Both the position numbers and the translations under genes were made by a program. Below, piece by piece: positions 52,001 through 60,479 of a stretch of DNA of 64,000 nucleotides. The notes under the pieces were generated by a model that did no database searches, had not been told where the DNA came from, and was given only the letters and a program-made list of their open reading frames with translations. Source of the DNA: Tubiluchus corallicola (Eukaryota > Animalia > Priapulida); contig JAQGDQ010000178.1 in the NCBI GenBank assembly GCA_030141605.1, positions 374,628 to 438,627 on the forward strand, in the 5' to 3' direction. The first letter of the stretch is position 1. Each line of letters opens with the position of its first letter.

Positions 52001-55000
52001 AACTGAAAAACTACCTATTTATTCACAGTATATACTAACCTGAGCAGTCTACATCTGCGAAACCCCGCGCACAGGTGCAATTAAAAGAACCAGGAAGATT
52101 ATTACATGTTCCTCCATTATAACAAGGGTTTTGAGCTGCAGCACATTCATCAACATCTAGATTCACAAACATTAAAACATATAGTGCACTTGCAGTAATG
52201 CAGATTTTTTTCTGTGGCTAATGTAAATATTTCAAGCAAATGCTACAAATGAGCAATATGGATGTAGACAACACACAAACAACTTTTACAACATGTCGCT
52301 TACATGCCAGTCCACTTCAGATTTTTCTGAACAGTTTTTTTATTATTATTAAATTGTTTTGCAAGTCAAGGCTATAGCGGCATGCAAATGGATTATGAAT
52401 ATTAATATGATACTTTATTCTTTGCTGTCGCTGTATTCCTTAGCTGTTTCATTTTGTTGTTAAATTTATTGTACTTTGTGATTTTACAAACTTATTTATG
52501 AACTGAAAAACTACCTATTTATTCACAGTATATACTAACCTGAGCAGTCTACATCTGCAAAACCCCGCGCACAGGTGCAATTAAAAGAACCAGGAAGATT
52601 ATTACATGTTCCTCCATTATAACAAGGGTTTTGAGCTGCAGCACATTCATCAACATCTAGATTCACAAACATTAAAACATATAGTGCACTTGCAGTAATG
52701 CAGATTTTTTTCTGTGGCTAATGTAAATATTTCAAGCAAATGCTACAAATGAACAATATGGATGTAGACAACACACAAACAACTTTTACAACATGTCGCT
52801 TACATGCCAGTCCACTTCAGACTTTTCCTAACAGTTTTTTTATTATTATTATATTGTTTTGCAAGTCAAGGCTATAGCGGCATGCAAATGGATTATGAAT
52901 ATTAATATGATACTTTATTCTTTGCTGTCGCTGTATTCCTTAGTTGTCTCATTTTGTTGTTAAATTTATTGTACTTTGTGATTTTACAAACTTATTTATG
53001 AACTGAAAAGCTACCTATTTATTCACAGTATATACTAACCTGAGCAGTCTACATCTGTGAAACCCGGCGCACAGGTGCAATTAAAAGAACCAGGAAGATT
53101 ATTACATGTTCCTCCATTATAACAAGGGTTTTGAGCTGCAGCACATTCATCAACATCTAGATTCACAAACATTAAAACATATAGTGCACTTGCAGTAATG
53201 CAGATTTTTTTCTGTGGCTAATGTAAATATTTCAAGCAAATGCTACAAATGAACAATATGGATGTAGACAACACACAAACAACTTTTACAACATGTCGCT
53301 TACATGCCAGTCCACTTCAGACTTTTCCTAACAGTTTTTTTATTATTATTATATTGTTTTGCAAGTCAAGGCTATAGCGGCATGCAAATGGATTATGAAT
53401 ATTAATATGATACTTTATTCTTTGCTGTCGCTGTATTCCTTAGTTGTCTCATTTTGTTGTTAAATTTATTGTACTTTGTGATTTTACAAACTTATTTATG
53501 AACTGAAAAGCTACCTATTTATTCACAGTATATACTAACCTGAGCAGTCTACATCTGAGAAACCCGGCGCACAGGTGCAATTAAAAGAACCAGGAAGATT
53601 ATTACATGTTCCTCCATTATAACAAGGGTTTTGAGCTGCAGCACATTCATCAACATCTAGATTCACAAACATTAAAACATATAGTGCACTTGCAGTAATG
53701 CAGATTTTTTTCTGTGGCTAATGTAAATATTTCAAGCAAATGCTACAAATGAGCAATATGGATGTAGACAACACACAAACAACTTTTACAACATGTCGCT
53801 TACATGCCAGTCCACTTCAGATTTTTCTGAACAGTTTTTTTATTATTATTAAATTGTTTTGCAAGTCAAGGCTATAGCGGCATGCAAATGGATTATGAAT
53901 ATTAATATGATACTTTATTCTTTGCTGTCGCTGTATTCCTTAGCTGTTTCATTTTGTTGTTAAATTTATTGTACTTTGTGATTTTACAAACTTATTTATG
54001 AACTGAAAAACTACCTATTTATTCACAGTATATACTAACCTGAGCAGTCTACATCTGCGAAACCCCGCGCACAGGTGCAATTAAAAGAACCAGGAAGATT
54101 ATTACATGTTCCTCCATTATAACAAGGGTTTTGAGCTGCAGCACATTCATCAATATCTACAACAAAAGAACCAAAATTCAGAAAATTATTGATGATTTTT
54201 TTACGAAATAATTTAACTGGCTAAGAAAAAAATCAGATTACTTACTGACAATATAGTTATGTCGTGTTTAATGACTAGTATAGCAATTCTGACCCGAGTA
54301 TTTGATGTCATTTATGTATCTACTCTATGCACTAAAATAGACAATTTATCACGAAACACTTCAACAGAATATACAAGTGATTTATAACAAATGGAGTGCT
54401 TAAGAAAATTTAACATGAGATGATAGTCTACAGATGAAAATTAAAACACAGTCGGGGAATTATATTCTGCCTAAATTGGGACTGCGAAAAAGTTGGAGTT
54501 ACAGCCACTTTGGTGTTATGCATTAATACATACATGCCTATGCAAACATTTTGCATTGTGAAAAATTAGGGCATTATGCGAGGTTGGTGTTATTAAATTG
54601 GGGGCATTATAACGAAGTTTGTCTGTATTTATTATACAACCTAATAGCCTCTTCAATTAAATGCTTTAGCAGACATGCTCACAAGAATTAAAAGCACCAA
54701 ATTCAAACCACGATCTAGCGGGTGATTGCTGAAATATTCAAAGTCAATTTTCAAGAATGAAATTTTAATTGAGCATCAATTGTCAAAAAGTAAAAAAATG
54801 ACACCACCAGGGGTTTCAGGTATAATTATAAATATCACTCTTTCCTCTCCGTTATCGTAACTTGTGCAAACATTGAAGTTGGGTCTACAAAAACACTATG
54901 AATTGTAAAATTTGAAGGCAAGTGTCAGAAAGTATAAGCCTAAGCACTAAAGCACAGGAATGCATCAGTATTAAGTGGATAAATACTGATTGTTTTAGTG

Positions 55001-56070
55001 CCATTCTGAGTTCTCTTAACCTGCTAGCTGCATCTAATGAGGTCACAGCATAAACACAGAGCTTTTGCAGGAAGTGAAAGATGCAGTTACGGTTGTTTGC
55101 AGAAAAAAATATTGTGAGCCTTGTGAACAGGTTGTGGCGGTGTGATCAGTGTTTATTGCACAGGAACATGTACAGACAAAATGAAAGCTCGCCCTATACA
55201 GCACACTTACAGTAATGCAGACCTTTTCCTGTGGCTAACGTAAGAATTTGAAGCAAATGCTACAAACGAACAATATGGATGTAGACAACACACAAACAAC
55301 TTTTACAACATTTTCCTTACACGCCAGTCCACTTCAGGTCTTAACAATTTTTTTTATTATTATTAAATTGTTTTGCAAGTCAAGGCTGTATAAAGTAAAC
55401 GTGTTCATGCCAAACATCACAGACATGTTGGGAAATACAAAGACAATACATACCAACATCACAATTAATTCCAGCATAACCTTGTTCACATGAACAGTTG
55501 TAAAAATCATAATGATCCACATAGGTGCCATTTGCGCAAGGATTTGATACACATTCATCAAAAGTTCTTAAATCTGAAAAGTTGAACATCAAACACGAAG
55601 CATGCATTACCGGGTCTTTAAGTGCCCTACTGTTCATATGACAAAGTATCTATTTTTTCTCTTTGCATACATTTATTGCCCACATTTATCAGCTTATTAT
55701 TTGTATTATAACAATGTAAAAACTAACCTATTGAACACAATCCTCCGGTCCATCCATCAGCACATTCACAAATATGAAATCCATAATCCATAATGCAGGT
55801 CCCTCCATTAAGACAGGGATCATAAGCACATTCATCTATACCTAATAAAAGATTTGCAAATGTTTCCCATCAATATTATATGTTAAATTAAAACTTGTAC
55901 AAGGGCAACCTTCCCATATCTACATTTTCAAACAAATCCTTTTTACACAAGGTTTTTTTGTTAAAAGCTTGTGGATGTGGGAAAGTTGCCTGCGTCTACG
56001 TAGTAGAATGAAAGTAAAGTAGTGCTAGCACTATAAAAAGTGTTAAATAATATACAATGATATATGAATA

Positions 56071-56101
<31 letters not shown>

Positions 56102-59100
56102 TATCAAAAGTGTTACACAATTGATAAAACCTCAGTTAGTGCCAAAATGCACTTAAAATGACTATGAAGGAAGAAATGACCATTCAAAAACATCTTAACG
56201 AATTCTCTTTGAGTTTTGTAAAATTCCATGAAATTACTCTAAAGACTTGCAGTTTATTTTCTACGAGGAACTTTCAGTCTCATGATCTTCAAAAGACAGA
56301 AAAACATAAGAAAGCCATCTTCTAGCAAATCAGAATAAAAATTGATACTGTTTTGTTGAAAGTTGGGTCTCACGTATTTTTCAAGCTGATGAAGATGGTG
56401 AAACTGACAGCTCCTAATAGAAAATAAACTGTAAGACTTCAAAGCAATTGATATTTTAAATGTGTCAAATCTGTCCCGTGCCTTAACATACAGAGACAGA
56501 AGTGGCATTCTTGGTATTATATTACTGATGAGAGCTACACTTTACTGCTATAACCTAAATTTAGAAAAACATAATAAAGAAATTTTCAAAATTTGCTTGG
56601 CCTTACCTTTAAGAATTACTAACATTAAAAAAGTAGTTCCTTCACATAAACCTAGATGACCGATGATGTATATTTCTCAAAAATGTGATGTAAAGAAGAG
56701 AGGCTGTGGTAGGTGGCCAGGTATAGGTAACAACTCAACTCAGGCGGGGTTAGTTAAGTTTCTAAATTTATACTAATATTTAAACATTAGAATTATTTTG
56801 GCACATATAAGCTGTCTATATTTTGAATCATTAATTTAACTGATATATTGTTTAAAAAGCTGCTTGTTTTTTTTAAACTTGTCTAATATCAGTTACATGA
56901 TTAATTCACAAAAAAATTAACTGTTTTGATAAAAAATCAAAATAACAAAAAACACAAAACTTAAGCAGATACACAATAAAATCTTAATTTTTGAAAATAT
57001 GAACAAAAAAACAGATAGATACTGTATGTTGTGTTGTGTTAATCTACTTTTTAATGTATGACTAAATAATAAATAAATAATACTACATACTAATGTCACA
57101 ATTAGTTCCAGTGAATCCGTGCTCACATGAACAAGTGTAATTGTCCTTATGATCAACACAAGTTCCATTAAGACAAGGATTAGCAGCACAGTCATCAAAA
57201 TCTGAAAAAAATTATTTCCTTCATTTATCCTCTAGATCTACCATTTCATGAAAACACAAGGTAAGATTTCTATTTGTAATAATTCAATATTCTTAATGAG
57301 CAGCTCCAATTGAAGAACATTAACATTACACTTACATTACCTTACTTTAGATTAATCATCTGAATAAATTTAATAAATTTAAAGTCCAGATTCTTCATGC
57401 TTTGCTTTTACGAAAAAATGATTAGAGGTAGGTTTGGTAAAATAGGCTGTTTGGTAAATGCCTATTTAGGCTGTCTGCATGTCCTACTTAAACTGGAAAT
57501 TTTCACATCTTACTTTTTCAAGCATTAGCTAATATAGTTCACATTTTTGTCTATCTAGCCGGCAACTGTCTATGCAACTGATACAATGTTTTTTAATCTG
57601 CTGTTCTTTTGTCTGCTACTGAAAACACATTTATAAGCTTGCTTACCTATTTGACACTTCTTCCTTCTTTATCTATACAGACTTTTAGTATTTACAGTTT
57701 TGTTTACCTCTGGGCTTTTCAGTTTGTCGTTTAAACAATTAATGGTTGGTAGGCAATGGTTCATAATGCAAATGAAGACTACTTTAGTCAAGTTGTCAAC
57801 AGCAACATTAAATAAAGTAAATTTATTGTAAATATCAGTAAAAAACTTGAGGTTTCATAGCACAGCGTTTATAAGAAAGGCACACCTTTTTCGCAGAACT
57901 CCCCAGGAGCATAAGCAGGACAGGCACAGTTGAATCCGTACCGAATAAGAGTGCAAGTACCGCCATGTTGACAGGGATTGGGAGAACAAGCATGAGTACC
58001 TGCAACGAGAGTAAATACGGTACAACTGATTCTTTGTATAAACATATTTAAATCATTTCAGAATTAACAATAAAGCATTACAAATGCTTAACTAAAGTTT
58101 CTTCTGAGGTGATAAATTGAACTTGACACACACAGAAAAGAAGGTCACAAATATATCATAATGATGCGGTGACAAAATTTAACAGCTAAAGATGAAATGT
58201 CATAGGTAGCTATAGCATTTTACAAATCATTACAACATAGAATATCAAAGTGGTCTCTTAGTTCCTGCAGGGCTTGTACTCAGGAGATTATTCTAAAAAA
58301 ATATAGGACATTTTTTGAAAGAAGTATAGGAATTATAGGGCCTTTTTCCTTAAAAACAAAAGTTTCTAACCTTAAACTACGGCGATTTTCACAATTTCTT
58401 TGCAAAGATAACAGATTTTTGAGAATACCAACTCTGTAAAAACATACATACTTGGCTAGAGACAAATGTTATTTACATTAGCTAAAATGCCCAAATCATG
58501 AAGATATGAACTTATAATATCTAATTGTGGTTATGCGCGCCAAATGCGTGCGAAAAATACCAATAACATTCACATTTCATTGAGAATTCATGATTTCATA
58601 GGAATTATAGGACATTTCTAAAAATATAGGAATTATAGGACGAGTACAAGCCCTGTTCCTGTAATAAAATTTTTTGTTTGAGTCAGTAGAGCTTCATTAA
58701 TAGATACTGGTAAGGCATCCGAACCATATATGTTTAACTATATATAACATTAAAGTTAAAAAAACAGCTGAAATAAAGAAAATACATTATCAATATAATT
58801 GATTCTAAGATTGGCAAATGACAATCTTATAAAACAGTATATAAATTTGAGAATATATTTGTGAACATACCTTCTGTCGTGAGTACGCTCCCATGAAAGA
58901 TCATTAAGCAACTTATTACTACTCCTACCAAATACTGCTCCAGTAACAATAAGAGAGGCATGATACTGGATATGCTCAATAGCAGAAGCGCTAACATCAC
59001 TGCAGTCTGCTCAATTAACGTCACAATATTCCAGTAAAGGCAGAACATAAGATTTACACAAATTATCAAGTGAACTTCTGTCTAAAAGATCTTATGCAGC

Positions 59101-59836
59101 AGATTCCAACGTTTTGAGGTTTTGGATGGTAATTCATTAATGTGAGTAGTCCAAGCAAGAGTGTTGATAAGAATTAGGCCTAAATGTTTGTACTGCAAAT
59201 AGTTATCAATTTTGACATCGCCCAGAAACAAATGTGAATGGAAAGGTGACTTAATTTTACAGGAAAATATCAGTTTTCTGAATGTGATCTAGATCATCTT
59301 GTAAAATATTACATGAAGCAACTGGATCGTCAACAATTTGCTTTGTGCAGGCATCATTGGCAAATTGCATTTCAGATTTTTCAGGCCTTTTTCTGAGACA
59401 AACCCTACATTTGTGACTGAAAGTAGCAAATTTTCTAACATAGCATTATACTCACCCAGACAGTAAAATTGAAGCCGCATAATCCGGCGCACTACATAAG
59501 GTTTTGGTGATTCGCAATCTGATACATTGACATTAACCTTGAAAGTGATGTTACAAGATTGCTCCCCGATACAGTGATGAAAAGCATTCATAACAATGTC
59601 TCGGTCTGGCCTAAATGTTCCATGATAAGGAGGGCAGGTAGAGAGAGTTGATGGTGGCTCACCACACACTATATCATAGTCATTTCTTCCATAAGAAAGT
59701 ACTGGGTAACGAGCTGTACTTTGTGCATAGCGGGTTGCACCAGGGCACAGAAGTTCATGTGATTCATTATCACAATAAACTTGGCTAGAATCTGCTTTGT
59801 TTTCATAAACTTCTGACGTGAACTCATATGTAGTAC
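60..59836 (-). CDS. Polycystin-1/REJ-family (PKD1-like) multi-exon gene, 52 reconstructed exons, 5'-incomplete: SUEL-EGFx15-PKD/REJ-GAIN(+Cys insert+PLAT)-GPS-TM-PLAT-polycystin channel
   Basis: Chain of GT-AG exons (one GC-AG) with compatible phases; summed length 10292 nt keeps frame to the stop at 60-62. Family motifs: [24 protein letters not shown] (GPS), [39 protein letters not shown]. Exact orthology cannot be assigned from sequence alone. Confidence 0.93.
2520..2702 (-). CDS. Exon, polycystin TOP domain
   Basis: GLCSIHH..CVSAYSW..YSPGW..TLPYAG; phase 1-1, GT/AG. Confidence 0.9.
2849..3014 (-). CDS. Exon, TOP domain with RLRQLR motif
   Basis: [31 protein letters not shown]; phase 0-1; not in ORF track. 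Confidence 0.92.
3620..3830. repeat. ~63-bp tandem repeat, about 3.3 copies
   Basis: gcagaa..ggagag..cacacaaattcacaaaagagaaa..ctcaa repeated. Confidence 0.85.
4371..4446 (-). CDS. Exon, start of TOP domain
   Basis: [25 protein letters not shown]; phase 2-0 fits neighbours. Confidence 0.8.
5141..5320 (-). CDS. Exon, TM segment preceding TOP
   Basis: [28 protein letters not shown]; phase 2-2. Confidence 0.9.
6143..6606 (-). CDS. Exon, TM4-TM5 region
   Basis: [28 protein letters not shown]; phase 0-2. Confidence 0.92.
6729..7268. mobile_element. piggyBac-like MITE, second copy
   Basis: Internal similarity to 22380..22957; ends GTAGTGAAAGGG-TTAA; left TIR degenerate. Confidence 0.62.
7913..8012 (-). 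CDS. Exon, cytoplasmic loop
   Basis: [33 protein letters not shown]; phase 2-0 bridges the 9295 and 6606 exons; good splice sites, no conserved motif. Confidence 0.7.
8900..9180 (-). mobile_element. RTE-like LINE 3' remnant with ~90-bp internal duplication
   Basis: [19 protein letters not shown] encoded twice (about 8958..9047 and 9090..9178). Confidence 0.55.
9295..9427 (-). CDS. Exon, TM3
   Basis: [20 protein letters not shown]; phase 1-2. Confidence 0.9.
9614..10257. mobile_element. Tc1/pogo-like MITE with duplicated left end
   Basis: TA-CAGTCAAACCTT ... AAGGTTTGATTG-TA; ~97-bp tandem duplication 9591..9783. Confidence 0.6.
10341..10479 (-). CDS. Exon, TM2
   Basis: [21 protein letters not shown]; phase 0-1. 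Confidence 0.92.
11227..11334 (-). CDS. Exon with HLW..FTRVQ motif
   Basis: [36 protein letters not shown]; phase 0-0. Confidence 0.92.
12540..12678 (-). CDS. Exon, C-terminal part of canonical PLAT
   Basis: [30 protein letters not shown]; phase 2-0. Confidence 0.92.
13411..13570 (-). CDS. Exon, middle of canonical PLAT (GC donor)
   Basis: [28 protein letters not shown]; donor TG|gcaagt. Confidence 0.9.
13885..14005 (-). CDS. Exon, start of canonical PLAT
   Basis: [31 protein letters not shown]; phase 0-1. Confidence 0.92.
14908..15138 (-). CDS. Exon, GPS second half plus TM1
   Basis: [39 protein letters not shown]; phase 0-0. Confidence 0.93.
15611..15714 (-). CDS. Exon, GPS first half
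   Basis: [19 protein letters not shown]; phase 1-0. Confidence 0.93.
16412..16523 (-). CDS. Exon, C-terminal part of extra (pre-GPS) PLAT-like domain
   Basis: [21 protein letters not shown]; phase 0-1. Confidence 0.8.
16916..17075 (+). repeat. 5' LTR
   Basis: Matches 21212..21371 with about 10 mismatches over 160 bp (manual count). Confidence 0.95.
17155..20989 (+). pseudogene. Disrupted gag-pol of the Gypsy element
   Basis: ATG at 17155, early TGA, ORF fragments 17298..19025, 19200..19397, 19537..19881, 19948..20370, 20351..20767; internal deletion in RNase H near 19360. Confidence 0.9.
21212..21371 (+). repeat. 3' LTR
   Basis: Direct repeat of the 5' LTR, preceded by PPT; initial T mutated to A. 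Confidence 0.95.
21796..21898 (-). CDS. Exon, middle of extra PLAT-like domain
   Basis: [34 protein letters not shown]; phase 2-0. Confidence 0.8.
22353..22957. mobile_element. piggyBac-like MITE
   Basis: TTAA-CCCTTTCACTAT ... ATAGTGTAAGGG-TTGA; related copy at ~6729..7268. Confidence 0.7.
23158..23305 (-). CDS. Exon, start of extra PLAT-like domain
   Basis: [45 protein letters not shown]; phase 1-2; donor gtaagt. Confidence 0.85.
23853..24918 (-). CDS. Large exon: GAIN strand(s) plus 41-Cys insert
   Basis: 1066-nt open exon, [16 protein letters not shown] followed by Cys-rich run; phase 0-1; donor gtgagt. Confidence 0.88.
26167..26315 (-). CDS. Exon, GAIN region
   Basis: [21 protein letters not shown]; phase 1-0. 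Confidence 0.8.
26581..28700 (-). mobile_element. Decayed non-LTR retrotransposon (CR1/L2-like LINE) with ORF1 and RT remnants
   Basis: [39 protein letters not shown]; [15 protein letters not shown]; coiled-coil ORF1-like piece; 3' aataaa(ctga)atttgaattt tail; boundaries approximate. Confidence 0.88.
29239..29386 (-). CDS. Exon, GAIN region with NPFxW motif
   Basis: [27 protein letters not shown]; phase 0-1. Confidence 0.9.
29596..29711 (-). CDS. Exon, GAIN region
   Basis: [20 protein letters not shown]; phase 1-0. Confidence 0.82.
30063..30136 (+). other. tRNA-derived sequence (SINE head or tRNA pseudogene)
   Basis: A-box TAGCTTAGGTGGTAGAGC and B-box GGTTCAAATCC at tRNA spacing; stems poorly paired. 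Confidence 0.5.
30261..30411 (-). CDS. Exon, GAIN with GEEP motif
   Basis: [29 protein letters not shown]; phase 0-1. Confidence 0.88.
31980..32130 (-). CDS. Exon, helical REJ/GAIN region (donor uncertain)
   Basis: [17 protein letters not shown]; phase 2-0. Confidence 0.7.
32330..32424 (-). CDS. Exon, helical REJ/GAIN region
   Basis: [17 protein letters not shown]; phase 0-2. Confidence 0.8.
32585..32710 (-). CDS. Exon, helical REJ/GAIN region
   Basis: [29 protein letters not shown]; phase 0-0. Confidence 0.85.
33900..35534 (-). mobile_element. Head-to-tail dimer of a non-autonomous Helitron-like element
   Basis: Two ~800-840 bp related copies (35534..34740, 34739..33900); each starts TC and ends with a hairpin plus CTAG on the minus strand; host A|T; junction CTAG|TC. 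Confidence 0.8.
35535..35676. repeat. (TAA)n/(CAA)n microsatellite
   Basis: Direct reading; source of poly-Ile ORFs. Confidence 0.95.
35692..35915 (-). CDS. Exon, helical REJ region
   Basis: ..[24 protein letters not shown]; phase 1-0; alternative in-frame acceptor near 35900. Confidence 0.72.
35990..36330 (+). mobile_element. LINE (CR1-like) 3' fragment
   Basis: [22 protein letters not shown] resembles CR1 ORF2 C-terminus. Confidence 0.6.
36688..36799 (-). CDS. Exon, REJ region
   Basis: [26 protein letters not shown]; phase 0-1. Confidence 0.78.
38149..38294 (-). CDS. Exon, REJ domain
   Basis: [26 protein letters not shown]; phase 1-0. Confidence 0.88.
38947..39257. repeat. Imperfect long inverted repeat (foldback)
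   Basis: Left arm tttataag..gcagtaccactgtggcaattcttacatagggcagactaag matches the reverse complement of the right arm. Confidence 0.8.
40320..40445. repeat. (GAT)n/(TAA)n microsatellite
   Basis: Direct reading. Confidence 0.9.
40769..40882 (-). CDS. Exon, REJ domain
   Basis: [26 protein letters not shown]; phase 1-1. Confidence 0.9.
41109..41204 (-). CDS. Exon, REJ domain
   Basis: [18 protein letters not shown]; phase 1-1. Confidence 0.9.
42016..42153. repeat. 49-bp tandem repeat, about 2.8 copies
   Basis: aaatggaaagtaaaaatcaatatttcgata..gaattactatgtgct repeated. Confidence 0.88.
42194..42435 (-). CDS. Exon, REJ domain
   Basis: [29 protein letters not shown]; phase 2-1. Confidence 0.9.
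42684..42831 (-). CDS. Exon, REJ domain
   Basis: [22 protein letters not shown]; phase 1-2. Confidence 0.88.
43946..44040 (-). CDS. Exon, REJ domain
   Basis: [14 protein letters not shown]; phase 2-1. Confidence 0.85.
44320..44642 (-). CDS. Exon, REJ domain ([13 protein letters not shown])
   Basis: [20 protein letters not shown]; phase 0-2. Confidence 0.88.
44959..45671 (-). CDS. Exon, PKD-like domain and start of REJ
   Basis: [30 protein letters not shown]; phase 1-0. Confidence 0.9.
46665..46778 (-). CDS. EGF exon (Ca-binding type)
   Basis: [37 protein letters not shown]; phase 1-1. Confidence 0.92.
47387..47497 (-). CDS. EGF exon
   Basis: [35 protein letters not shown]; phase 1-1. Confidence 0.92.
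48903..49016 (-). CDS. EGF exon
   Basis: [36 protein letters not shown]; phase 1-1. Confidence 0.92.
49470..49583 (-). CDS. EGF exon
   Basis: [36 protein letters not shown]; phase 1-1. Confidence 0.92.
51040..51156 (-). CDS. Tandem EGF exon, array copy 1 of 7
   Basis: [39 protein letters not shown]; ag/gttagt. Confidence 0.88.
51540..51656 (-). CDS. Tandem EGF exon, copy 2
   Basis: As copy 1 but ARGFAD. Confidence 0.85.
52040..52156 (-). CDS. Tandem EGF exon, copy 3
   Basis: ARGFAD variant. Confidence 0.85.
52540..52656 (-). CDS. Tandem EGF exon, copy 4
   Basis: ARGFAD variant. Confidence 0.85.
53040..53156 (-). CDS. Tandem EGF exon, copy 5
   Basis: APGFTD variant. Confidence 0.85.
53540..53656 (-). 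CDS. Tandem EGF exon, copy 6
   Basis: APGFSD variant. Confidence 0.85.
54040..54156 (-). CDS. Tandem EGF exon, copy 7
   Basis: DIDEC..ARGFAD variant; different upstream intron and acceptor. Confidence 0.88.
55454..55573 (-). CDS. EGF exon (lacks third Cys)
   Basis: [35 protein letters not shown]; phase 1-1. Confidence 0.85.
55728..55841 (-). CDS. EGF exon
   Basis: [36 protein letters not shown]. Confidence 0.92.
57091..57201 (-). CDS. EGF exon
   Basis: [35 protein letters not shown]. Confidence 0.92.
57886..57999 (-). CDS. EGF exon
   Basis: [36 protein letters not shown]. Confidence 0.92.
58268..58655. mobile_element. MITE with 14-bp perfect TIRs
   Basis: CAGGGCTTGTACTC ... GAGTACAAGCCCTG flanked by ttcctg on both sides; internal ATAGGA repeats. 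Confidence 0.8.
58700..59400 (-). mobile_element. Decayed LINE RT C-terminal fragment
   Basis: [50 protein letters not shown] with stops. Confidence 0.8.
59456..59836 (-). CDS. Exon encoding SUEL/galactose-rhamnose-binding lectin-like domain
   Basis: [38 protein letters not shown]; phase 1-1. Confidence 0.85.
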
Positions 59837-60479
59837 CTAAAAACCAATGAAAATAAATTTTGCATAAGGGCTACCGAAACAATAACAAACATCATTTGTA
59901 ATCTTTAAAATTGACAATTAAAATTATTATAAAATAAAATTAAGGTAAAATAGGCTACTTAAATGATCACATCTATTACATACCAATTCAACCATAAAAT
60001 TATAACTTGCCCACCAAATGCTATATAAAGTCTGCTAAGTTCCTCTCTCACAAATAGCTTCGGAACAGTGGTATGCAAAATAAGTTTTTCGTATAACGTC
60101 ATATGACGTGGCACATTATCTGCTGGTTTGGCTACAGCACTGAAAATGTGATAACTCCCAAATATTTGATATTTTGCATACAGCTGCTACATTCTACCAT
60201 TCACTGTACAACTAAAGTAGATTTACCTTTTTTTCAATAATTTATTGAAAACCTGGAACTACAAGATAAAAAATAAAATTAAACATCTGATTGCTTTTTG
60301 TTTTAAGTTTATAAAAAAAAAGCAAGAGAAGGTGTCCCTCAAATGAGAAGTTGAGAAAAGCGCTGACGCAGTAAGTGTAAATGAATAAAAATTTCAACCA
60401 CCAAAAAATGTTCGAATCGGCGAAAAACAGATTTGCCCTCAGAGACGTCAGACTTGTTTCATTATATGTATCATTTACT

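Larger units (their letters stand above)
50880..54158. repeat. 500-bp tandem array, each unit carrying one EGF exon
   Basis: Exons recur at exact 500-bp spacing; introns nearly identical. Confidence 0.97.

Noticed and set aside
58827-59180. Possible extra exon ending GAAG|gtatgt at 58871
   Set aside because: Sequence translates as decayed LINE RT with stops
59984-60260. Candidate upstream exons of the PKD-like gene
   Set aside because: No frame gives the phase-1 end needed to join the SUEL exon; no signal peptide seen
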